Assembly: GCF_001194135.2 (NCBI RefSeq)
Contig: NC_068983.1
Coordinates: 113,723,393 to 113,759,302 of the forward strand
Length of the DNA: 35,910 nt
From: Octopus bimaculoides
Taxonomy: Eukaryota
Direction of reading: 5' to 3'
Shown here: one piece after another, positions 25,168 through 35,910 of the stretch
Layout: the number at the start of each line of letters is the position of its first letter
How positions within the stretch are numbered: the stretch's first letter is position 1
Translations under genes and position numbers: made by a program
The notes under the pieces: generated by a model
Database searches by the model: none
Seen by the model: only the letters and a program-made list of their open reading frames with translations
What the model was told of the DNA's origin: nothing

Positions 25168-25669
25168 NNNNNNNNNNNNNNNNNNNNNNNNNNNNNNNNN
25201 NNNNNNNNNNNNNNNNNNNNNNNNNNNNNNNNNNNNNNNNNNNNNNNNNNNNNNNNNNNNNNNNNNNNNNNNNNNNNNNNNNNNNNNNNNNNNNNNNNNN
25301 NNNNNNNNNNNNNNNNNNNNNNNNNNNNNNNNNNNNNNNNNNNNNNNNNNNNNNNNNNNNNNNNNNNNNNNNNNNNNNNNNNNNNNNNNNNNNNNNNNNN
25401 NNNNNNNNNNNNNNNNNNNNNNNNNNNNNNNNNNNNNNNNNNNNNNNNNNNNNNNNNNNNNNNNNNNNNNNNNNNNNNNNNNNNNNNNNNNNNNNNNNNN
25501 NNNNNNNNNNNNNNNNNNNNNNNNNNNNNNNNNNNNNNNNNNNNNNNNNNNNNNNNNNNNNNNNNNNNNNNNNNNNNNNNNNNNNNNNNNNNNNNNNNNN
25601 NNNNNNNNNNNNNNNNNNNNNNNNNNNNNNNNNNNNNNNNNNNNNNNNNNNNNNNNNNNNNNNNNNNNN

Positions 25670-25700
<31 letters not shown>

Positions 25701-26040
25701 TATATTATTATTTGATTGAATGCTACGCATCCATTTCCAAGTAAGTTAATCATATTTTTGATGCGACTCTACTCTATACTGTTCTCTTTCCCTATTGTTC
25801 TCTCTCTCATCTTTTCTCAAATTCCCTTTTCTCTCCTTCACCGTTTTCTATCTTTCTCACTCTCTCTCTTTCTCCTTTACTCTCGTTGCTCACACGTGTC
25901 CATCGTCCATCTTTCTTTTCCTCGCGTGATCATCTTTCTTTTCTTTCAGGGCTGCCGTAAACTCTGTACGTATCCTGCCTACCTCTCTCTTCTATCTTTT
26001 CTCCTATTTTCCATTTGTTTCTCTCGTTGTTTGCGTATAA
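24930..26040 (-). repeat. Inverted, internally deleted copies of the ~650-bp unit
   Basis: The reverse complement of 25690-26040 matches about 18370-18670 and 18085-18130. The reverse complement of 24930-25140 matches 18030-18080 and 18300-18450. A gap lies between the two pieces. Confidence 0.8.
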
Positions 26041-27161
26041 ATAATATATATATATTATTTATGTTATATATATATATATACACATACATGCATATATATA
26101 CATACATGTATATACATATAGACAATTAAAATGTATTTAATGAACAGGATAAGGGAGAAGTAAAAGAAAAAACTATGAGAATAAAAGGAAGACAGAGGGG
26201 AGAGAAAACTAGTGTGGCAGACATCAGAGATGTACTAAGAAATAGGCATACGAACAAAAAATATATATGCGTGAAAAAGAGCTGTAAGTGTAAAATATCA
26301 CAATAATTTTCTAGATAATTTTAGATGAATATACATAAATATAATTAAACTTCATTAAGATACTTCATTTATGACATCCTGACACACAGCTGTGCATATC
26401 ACGGGAGATAACTTATTTGAGCCACATGAATACTTTCAAACACTTCATTGGTTGATTTCTAAGTGTTTTTATTATTATCTTGTTTATTTTTATATATTTC
26501 TCTTCTGTCTATGAGTTTTCTTCCAACAAAGTTTTCACATACAAAATTCACCTACGTACAACCTTTTAAAGAAATTAAAAAACATAAACAAATATCGTTT
26601 TGTTATCATAAATTAGATGTTGTTTGTGTCATAATTTTTAAAATTCTATTCATATATCCTTTTCTTTTTTCAGAAACTTCTGTTTAAAATATGGTTGATA
26701 GTTTGGTCTAAATATCTATGCCATACAGCTTTAAACGCGAATAAAAGAACTCTAGTATAAATTAACTATTCAAATATATAAAGCAAAATTCAACGCAATT
26801 CGTATAATAGATTTGTCATGTAGTAATAATAATTCTTCGAAGGATTTTTTATTTAATTTGTTTTCCTTTTTTTCTTAGATTTATTGTCGTCTGAAAATGC
26901 TTTGAATCGATTTTTGTCCACTGTTATATTCCATAGAATGATTCATTGTTATTATTCAGCAAATATGTACATTGAATAATAGTAAATACTAACATGCTTT
27001 GATAGCAAACATATGAGATCAAACAAATACAGGGTTACATGAGATACATATGTAGACAGACAGAAAGATATTTGTTCGGAGACACGTTGATACTCATACA
27101 CACGTACAGATATATATATGTATGTATGTATGTTTGTATGTATGTATGTATGTATGTATAA

Positions 27162-27196
<35 letters not shown>

Positions 27197-27419
27197 CGTG
27201 TATGACTATACATACATACATACATACATGCATACATAGGAGCCTCAATTCCTGCTGGAGACGAAACGATGCCGTAGTAATATACGGAGTGGCCTGTGCA
27301 TTTTGAAACCTGCCGGAACCCATCCATCTTCAAGTATAATCACAGCCAATTTCTTCTAGAACGAGAGAAGAGCAGACAGGCAAGAACCGATACAGAAAAA
27401 GAAGAATTGACGACCGTGC

Positions 27420-27833
27420 AGGAATGGTATTTTATTTACTGAGTCCGATAGAATAGAAGGCAAGGTTGACACCGTAGGTTTTCAACTCAGGTCACGACTG
27501 CTGGGCAAGCCATCGACGCCCACATAAATATGTATACATAGTTGATGTTCGATCTCACTGTGTGGCATTTTAAGCGATTGTCTTCTATCAAGACGCCTGG
27601 TCAGCCAAAATACTTGACGAGAAATTTGGTGTGTGTGTGTGTGTGCGCGCGCGTGTGCGTGCATACACGGAATGGGTCAAAAGTCACGCACCGAGACATG
27701 TTCAAACGCTCTGGAATTGTCAAACATGCTTTAATTTTTCTAAAATTGAATAAAATAATGCATAATGAATACGGACGCAATGTCGCTAAGCGTTTGCTCG
27801 GCGTGCTAACGATTCTGCCAGCTTGCTGCCTTA
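27420..27833 (-). mobile_element. Family B SINE split into core (27420-27495) and head (27768-27833), with a family A head fragment (+, ~27555-27630) between them
   Basis: GGCAAGGTTGAC...TCAACTCAG core, and GCTAAGCGTTTG.TCGGCGTGCTAACGATTCTGCCAGC.TGCTGCCTT head matching 15480-15515. Confidence 0.55.
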
Positions 27834-27834
27834 G

Positions 27835-28031
<197 letters not shown>

Positions 28032-29496
28032 GATGTTCACTTAATGCACTTTATATATACACTTTATATACTTTATGCACAATTTTATAGACTTAATACA
28101 CAGCACTCTCCATCTCTCTATCTTTCTCATTCCTCGCCTTACCCTCTTATTCTCTCTTTTTTCTTTCTCTCTTCACCTTTTCCTTTAACTAATCACGTGA
28201 GAGCATTACAGACTGGCTGAGTAACGGAGGAAACAAACTTAGTTCAAAACAAAAGTTACGCATTCCACTCACCACCACCTCCACCTCCACCACGCCCACC
28301 CTCCCATTTCCCTCCCTCCCCCTTCAATTAATCGCGTGGAAGCGTTACGGACGGGCTAAGTAACGGAGTGAGGAGCAGAATTATTAGATTTAGCATTTTT
28401 ATAGTATACACTGCTTGGATTCTAGGACTAGTGTTGGCTTTATTTCTCACGTTGTATTCGTGTTTTGTTCCGTACATTAACTTGTTGAGTTGTTAGGACA
28501 GCTGGTGTTGATTTGTGCTGGTTTTATGTAGTGGATTTATTTATTTATGTAGTGTTCCATTTGTGGAGTAGGATTGATATGCTTTTTCAGTGTAGTGGTA
28601 TTTGTCAGTGATATTTTTCTTCATGTATTATGTGAACATTGCATGTCTCCTGGCGTAGAATTTTGTGTCTTTAGTTTAAACTGGCGTAATGTATCTGCTA
28701 GCTTCTACCGTAATGTTTGTGTCTAGAAATGTTACTATAATCGGAGAAATGTTAAGGGAATTATATCAAAGAGTGGACACTGTTTTAGGATGCGACGGCG
28801 TTAATGATGATAATGGTAGAGAGAGAGAAAGAGAGAAAGAGAAAGTTTAAATGTGCTATGCTGATTGTGTTAGAGTATGGAGGTGGTAGCATTCTCAGCA
28901 GATGAAAAATCGCCGACATATAATCATATGCGCGTACACAAGCACAATTGCGAATATGTGTGTGCGTGTGTGTGTCTGTGTGTGTGTGACGTGCTTAGAA
29001 CTGCCCATAGTCTGTTGTGACGATGATGTTGGTAAGGTTAGCTAATGGTTGTGGTGTGGTGCTTTTGGTCGTTCTTGTGGTTCTACGCAATAGCAGTAAG
29101 GAGTTGATAGCACTACACAGTAGGCCCTGGTTTTAATAGTCATCGACAAAAGAAAAAGATACAAAGACAATATAAGAGAGCGTGAACATTTACTGAAATA
29201 ACTGTCTCTCCTTTAAAAATCCCCAAAGTGGATAATGTCTCTGCATCACATAGTACGCTAATGCTCCTTTGAGAAACACCGAAGGAATCAAGTAATGCAA
29301 AGACCTTCAGTAGGTGTTGTGATTATCGTTTGATTCAATGACTCATTTAAAGACCCTTCATGAGCCAGTCATTCTTTGACTTTCACGCAGTCAAAGCAGT
29401 TCCTCGAGAGCATCTGGTAGTACAGTGGGTTAGTATTCATGGCATTCGAGAATATAATAAACACATCGAATTTAGCCCTTTATTATAGTTATATCT

Positions 29497-29803
29497 GTGA
29501 AGACGCGTGGCTGAGTGGTTAGGATGTTCGGTTCATGATCGTAAGGTCGTGGGTTCAACTCCTGGCGACGCGTTGAGTCCTTGAGCAAGACATATTATTT
29601 CACGTTGTCCAGTTCACTCAGCCACCAAAAATATGTAGAGACTGCCTTATCACATTCTCTGTCACGCTGAATCTTCCAGAGAACTACGTTAAAGTACGTG
29701 TCTGTGAAGTGCTCAACTGTTTACATGTTAATTTCACGAATGGGCTGTTCCGTTGGGATCGGATCGACTGGAATCCTTGTCGTCGTAACCGACGGAGTGT
29801 CAG
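29497..29803 (+). mobile_element. tRNA-headed SINE (C2-like head and core, C1-like tail)
   Basis: TGGCTGAGTGG A box and GGGTTCAACTCC B box. The core matches 14720-14775 and the tail matches about 10115-10275. Confidence 0.8.
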
Positions 29804-30377
29804 TGATAGTTATATCTAAACTTTGTAAGTAGTTTGGAACAGTAACAGTTATTAATAGTGTAAAAAAAGGTTTGTTTCCAGAAAAATATGTAAGAACTGG
29901 AGAGTTAATAATACATAACAAATTCAATTTTCAACGATTCACGTTTTATTTTACATGCACGTTGTATTTGCTGTCTTATACCATGTGCACTACACAAATA
30001 ATTCTTGGTCTTTTGCAAACATCTAGTGAAGTATTATTTACACTGCTTTTAGATACAGAACTTTAGCATACATTTGTTTTCTAGATTTTCTTTTAATATC
30101 TCAGTTTCCCCTAGTGCATTGAGTATAGCGAGCATTTCGCCCACATAGCCAATACATACATTATTTAGTTGTTTTGCTTCCAATTATTTTCTGTTGTGAC
30201 AATGTGAAATGCCATGAACACGAAGCCTAAGGGTGATTCCATAACTATTCCATATGTTGTTTATGTTCGTTGCATTCTATTCAGCGAATGAGTACTTTTG
30301 ATATTCAGAAGACAAATTCTTGCTTTAGTATAATTAGCTGGTATCGTCGGTGGCTTTATATTTGAGTGGTGGTATCG

Positions 30378-30635
30378 CTTTTACTTGTTTCAGTCATTTG
30401 ACTGCGGCCATGCTGGAGCACCACCTTATATGGTTTTAGTCGCAGAAATCGCTCCCAGGACTTATTCGTTGTAAGCCTAGTACTTATTCTATTAGTCTCT
30501 TTTGCCGAACCGCTAGGTTACGGGGGACATAAACACACCAGCATTGGTTGTCAAGTGATAGCGGGGGGGGGGAGACAAACATAGACACACACATGTAGAC
30601 AAATATATATTTATGTATATATATAGATATACAGC
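30378..30635 (-). mobile_element. Family A SINE body, head missing
   Basis: Reverse complement of about 31250-31430 (CTTTTACTTGTTTCAGTCATTTGACTGCGGCCATGCTGGAGCACC...). Confidence 0.85.
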
Positions 30636-31042
30636 AGGTTTTATTTAATTTGCTTTGCGGGAAGAGCTATTCTAAGAGCGCCTTCTGCCTCATCTTCGAA
30701 ATGCCTAGTTTAGAATAGAGGCAGCTGATGAAGGAAAAGTTCCATACGTGGCTTGTCTGTTTTCCTGTGTTCATTCTGTTGTCCGTTAAAAAAAGTTCGT
30801 TTTTTGTGCTTTGTTTATGTTCCCGTTCCTTTTTTGTCCACATTTGTTGACGTCTTGTACCCGAATATGCATCTATATATACATGTAGATGTAGGTATGT
30901 ACATATATGTATGTATATATGCATATGCTCACATATCATTTGTATTATATATATATATATATATATATATATNNNNNNNNNNNNNNNNNNNNNNNNNNNN
31001 NNNNNNNNNNNNNNNNNNNNNNNNNNTATATATATTTATATA

Positions 31043-31430
31043 GGCGCAGGAGCGGCTGTGTGGTAAGTAGCTTGCTGACCAACCACATGGTTCCGGGTTC
31101 AGTCCCATTGCGTGGCACCTTTGCCAAGTGCCTTCTACTATAGCCTCGAGCCGACCAAATCCTTGTGAGTGGATTTGGAGACGGAAACTGAAAGAAGCCC
31201 GTCGAATATATATAGATGCATGTGTGTATATGTTTGTGCGTCTGTATTATGGCCCAACATCGCTTGACAACCGATGCTGGTGTGTTTACGTCCCCGTAAC
31301 TTAGTGGTTCGGCAAAAGAGAACGATGGAATAAGTACTAGACTTACAAAGAATAAGTCCTGGGGTCGATTTGCTCAACTAAAGGCGGTGCTCCAGCATGG
31401 CCGCAGTCAAATGACTGAAACAAGTAAAAG
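31043..31430 (+). mobile_element. Full-length family A SINE (tRNA-like head, internal TA/TG microsatellite, conserved body)
   Basis: Head GGCGCAGGAG.GGCTGTGTGGTAAG...GGGTTCAGTCCC, internal simple repeat at about 31205-31245, and body ending CAGTCAAATGACTGAAACAAGTAAAAG. Matches other copies in the window. Confidence 0.85.
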
Positions 31431-32552
31431 AAAGAATATATATATACATAGGGACGTGTATGATTGGGCATAGAAGAAAATATTACTCAAGGAAATTCCA
31501 ACTTTTTCTGATTTTCACGTTTTATTTACAATCTTATAATAATATAATATAATAACATGTAATGAAATGATAGAATATTAAATGTCCATTCTCACTGAAC
31601 TAAATATATAGTTACTATGAGGATATTTAGACTTCTTATAGGGATATCTTTATCCAAGATGCAGTGGTTTAATATATTGCATTTTGAAGAGGTATTTCTT
31701 CAATTAATATATTATATAAAATATCATAAAATATCAAATATTACTAAGTTTGAAAGCAGAGAGATCTAATGGATACAAATTAATTTATTAATATCTTCAC
31801 CTACAATTGTTATATATATATATACATATATATATACGACGATCTTCTTTCAGTTTCTAATTGAATTTATGAAGCACATTGGTCATTGCTAGCCTGTTGG
31901 CGAGTTTGCATACTTGTGATTTATTACTAAAAGGAAATATTCTTTTGAAGTACTTCTGCAGAATAGTTTTAGCCTTTGTTTATAGCTTGAGTAACTGAAA
32001 TTTGCTATATGTTTTATAAGGCTTTTGATGAGATGAGTTCTATTCTATTGTTAATAGGTATTTAATTGATATTATACATTTAATGTATGGATTACGTATC
32101 TTAATAGAAGAGGTGTCTGATATATTTACTGCGGTATTTTCTTATAGTTCTTTATCTTTTATTCATTGGTTAAAATACCTGTTGTTGATTTGTGCCGGTT
32201 TTATTCTGTGGGTTTCTTTATCTTGTACTTAACTGGTGGAGGAAAATCTAAATGCTCTTTTATGCAAGTGTTTTGCAAGAAACAACAGCAACGCAACAGA
32301 TTACACAACAGAGCACAAAACAAAACTAAAAAGGAAAACAAAGATACGACACGTCGATGCAGTACAGAATCGTCCACAAAATTAGATGATTAATGATAGA
32401 AGGAATGCTCGTAACGACGCGTAATGCTGAAATAAACATACACATAACATGCACCTGCGATGACGTAGGCAGAAAAAAAACACAACAATAATAATTTCAT
32501 TATTTACATTATTTACATTTGACGGATATTCGTCCTCATCTTGTTTGTTGTT

Positions 32553-32598
32553 AACACAACGTTTCGGCTGATATACCCTCCAGCCTTCGTCAGGTGTC
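32553..32598 (-). ncRNA. Minimal type I hammerhead ribozyme motif (inverted copy)
   Basis: The reverse complement reads GACAC-CTGACGA-A-GGCTG-GAGGGTATAT-CAGCC-GAAAC-GTT-GTGTT. It is identical to the plus-strand motif except for a 10-nt stem II loop. Confidence 0.72.
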
Positions 32599-32731
32599 TT
32601 GGGGAAATTTCGAACCTGGGCATATGCCCACGGGCATATGGCGTAGTGGTTAAGAGCGCGGGCTACTAACCCCAAGGTTCCGAGTTCGATTCACGGCAGC
32701 GACCTGATTAATATTAATAATAATAATAATA

Positions 32732-32778
<47 letters not shown>

Positions 32779-32822
32779 GTAACATCGATAGGAATGAGAA
32801 CCCAGGTTCGAAATTTCCCCAA

Positions 32823-32869
32823 GACACCTGACGAAGGCTGGAAGGGTATATCAGCCGAAACGTTGTGTT
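32823..32869 (+). ncRNA. Minimal type I hammerhead ribozyme motif
   Basis: Stem I GACAC (32823-27) pairs with GTGTT (32865-69). Core CTGACGA (32828-34) plus one extra A. Stem II GGCTG/CAGCC with an 11-nt loop. GAAA (32857-60). Palindromic ACGT stem III. Predicted GUU cleavage after 32864. Confidence 0.75.
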
Positions 32870-35759
32870 AACAACAAACAAGATGAGGACGAATATCCGT
32901 CAAATGTAGATAATGTAAATAATGTAAATAATTCCTCATCTCTTAAATATAGAACTGGAATAATAATTTCATCTTGAAATGAAATTCTCAAGATATAGGA
33001 ACGTATGTGATGGATTGGGAATCTTCGCTGCTCAAAAAAAAAACTACCAGAAACCCATAAAGAGGTATAATAAAACTTAATAAAACTATGGTGTTTTCAA
33101 TACAACATATCAAAAAGAAAAGCTGTTGATCACATATGCAAATCTAAAAACTGCTTGATAAAACAGCCATAAACGAAAGATTTGCAACAGAATTTCAGGA
33201 GAATTTGATCGAACCATAAATACTCACAATGGTTTAAGATAGAGAAATCATACAAATGGAAATTCTAATGTTAAAGAACGATATCAATAAATCTGTTAGA
33301 AACATTTATTATGCAATATATACTCAGCTCTTGATAATATACAGACATCTCTTTCACGATGAATTAGACACAACAGTATAAACAAAGTAAACTTTATAAA
33401 GAAAAAAAAACACTCTAATCATACATGAAGATAAATTCTTCAACCTATCACAGCATACATTCGACGCAGACCAAATTATGCTCTTTAACTTCGGCACCAA
33501 CTTCCACCTATAACATATATGTTTATCTTCACTTGGTACGAGAAAACCTTAGAATTATAAACATTACAGACGATTAGCTTCCCGACTTACTCTGAGATTA
33601 AAATAATAAATATTGATATTTAACACAAGAATACAAAACCTTCAAAACTAAATTCAAACAATTCGATCAAAAACAATAACGTGAAAAATAATATAGTAAT
33701 AGTCATAGACAAATATATTTGTTATAAACTGTTCAATGTTATAAACTGTTCAATGTTATAAACCTATTCAATGACAAAAATAAATTTACAAGCATTCGGA
33801 AGCGTAATACAACCCAATTTAAATTTAATAACCAATTTAATAAACTAATTGTGTCAATAAATGCACAAATAAGAGCCTCTTATGTTCCTCGCATTTAATG
33901 AGAATTTACCCAAGCACATATTTACAGAATATTAAATATAAACAAAAGAAACACCAATTTCCGGACAATTATATTTCAAATAAATACACCAGTACACAAG
34001 ATGCTAAACAATAAGACAACATCATCAAGCAATGCTGAAATATAAAAGTATATAGTCATCTGAAGAGTCCCTGAAGATAATGCAATCAACCATCGATCTC
34101 GGCAACATCACTTTAAATATATGAAATGCTTTTACTACAGATCCAGTAACAAAAATAATGGAAACCATATTAAATAATGTATAGAAATATCCAGATTTCA
34201 AGTCACCGTCTTTAACAGCTAATGTGCAACATAAGAATACATTGACTGCCTACAAAGAAAGTTATATAAGCCAGACATGGAGTAGCTATGTGTATACCGT
34301 TAGTCAGCATTCGCAGCATTTCTATTTTGCAACAACAGAAAATAAAGTGTTCTCAAATATGTATGTATATGTTGGTGTATGGATAAGGACATGTGTGTGT
34401 GTGTGTGTGCGTGCGTGTGTGTGTGTAGACGATTTTAGGAGATAGTCAATAAACTGGAAAATTCAACGCCCGAGGTAGAGCAAAGCTTCATACTCTGACA
34501 TAAACATTCAAATGAGAAAGAAATAGGGTACGTCACGACTATTTACACACGCGCACGCGCCTGCGCACGTACGTACACACGCGCAGACGTGCGCACACAC
34601 ACACATACACACACACTCACACATACACACAGGCACACACAGACACATAAATACATATATATATAAGGAAATAGCAAATGCCCACACATGTACAAAATGT
34701 CATAGATAAAATCCCTACTTAGAAGAGTGTTTAGATTCTTCTCCCCAGCCGCATGATTAAATGAAGAAATAGAATACAGTCCATATTAATCAACAACGAC
34801 TATTCTATAGATCAACCTAAAAAAAAAATAAAAGCCCCAAAATTTTAAACCGTGTTAACCATACAATAAACCACAAATCTGTAAACTCGCCAACAACTAC
34901 TAATGACCGGTGAGATTTACAAATTCAAGAGGAAAACGTTAGAATATAAACTTCACGAGTACTTTCAACTCTAAGTATATTCCCGTATATCTGAAGGTAA
35001 ACTGTCAGAATCATTCGTATTATAGTCCACATGTCATTTGGTTGGAATCTACAGTTGGGTATGTCACAGAGCATCTTCAGAAAATAATAAAACAGAAATC
35101 ATTTTATGTTTCATTGAATCGAAATTGGCATTTTTTGAATTGTGTATCTCGAACCCAGCATTTTATCACAAAATAAACGATATTACCAGCATATTGTCAG
35201 TAACCACGTTGAAATCAAAGAATGTTTTCTGAAGTATTATTTGTTGTAAAGTGTTGTGCAAAAATATCTTCGTCTCTTGTTAAAATTAAAATTGAAATTA
35301 AAATTAGTTTTTTAGAGGAAAAATCTCATCGTAATGTTTATATGCATTTATACTTTCGGAAGAATAGAAGGGACATAATTTCACAAAACTAATTTGCAAA
35401 GTATGTCTTAATATGGTGTACAATTAATATTATTTATGCCAGAATAATTTTTATCTATACTAATTTTTACATAAATGAATAAAAATGCCTTATTTTCAGG
35501 GGAAATAATTCACTTTAAATCAAGATGTTTATAATTTGAAATATTCATAATATAATACTAGAAATATATAATATTTAGAATAGGTTCTAGTTTAAAATTT
35601 AATTTAAATTAATATAATTACATTTAAGATAATTCAATACAAGATAACATAACTTGAAAACTTTCTAATGTCTTCAATATCATTATTATAATTACCCTTT
35701 TCCTATATTAAAATTGCTTAGTTTATTAGAGGAATATAACATATCGTAATGCTTATAAT

Positions 35760-35857
35760 AAACACACATACACACACACACACATATACATATATATAAA
35801 ATACTTATTGACACACAACACATACATGCATATATAGATACATATACACATACATAG

Positions 35858-35910
<53 letters not shown>
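35760..35910. repeat. (CA)/(TA) compound microsatellite
   Basis: Direct reading. Confidence 0.97.

Larger units (their letters stand above)
32501..32958 (+). mobile_element. Non-autonomous retroelement: tRNA-like head + (AAT)n + hammerhead-containing tail, with an inverted 5' copy of the tail
   Basis: Identical 14-bp direct repeats AATAATAATTTCAT at 32487-32500 and 32959-32972 (TSD). A box TGGCGTAGTGG at 32639-32649 and B box GAGTTCGATTC at 32682-32692. (AAT)n at about 32708-32777. Inverted arms at 32498-32620 and 32801-32924. Short (AATGTAAAT)n tandem near the 3' end. Confidence 0.85.

Noticed and set aside
32632-32705. tRNA gene calls here and at 9912, 14646, 29497 and 31043
   Set aside because: A and B boxes are present, but there is no acceptor stem or full cloverleaf, and each head continues into a SINE body.
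33000-34140. A-rich stretch resembling a decayed Penelope ORF, with CTGAAGAG at about 34061
   Set aside because: No RT or GIY-YIG motif could be read, and no stem II or GAAAC completes a hammerhead.

Overview
AT-rich, microsatellite-dense eukaryotic DNA with five assembly gaps. It is most likely non-coding (intronic or intergenic) sequence from an octopus or other coleoid cephalopod; this rests on recognising the SINE families from memory, not on a search. No gene can be named with confidence, and nearly all ORFs in the track are artefacts of microsatellites, N-gaps or SINEs. Supportable content: several tRNA-headed SINE families, a decayed R4/Dong-type (restriction-like endonuclease) non-LTR retrotransposon (12.8-14.15 kb, minus), a decayed Penelope GIY-YIG region (24.0-24.6 kb), a decayed ORF1/gag-like frame (8.4-9.0 kb), and a 16.5-26.1 kb zone of locally repeated units in mirror-like orientation. 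There is also a tentative small secreted-peptide gene (11.05-12.76 kb). The most striking object is a 458-bp insertion at 32501-32958 flanked by a perfect 14-bp TSD. It joins a Pol III tRNA-like head, an (AAT)n linker and a minimal type I hammerhead ribozyme motif of the kind found in Penelope-like elements, and it carries a near-perfect 123-bp inverted copy of the hammerhead arm at its 5' end.
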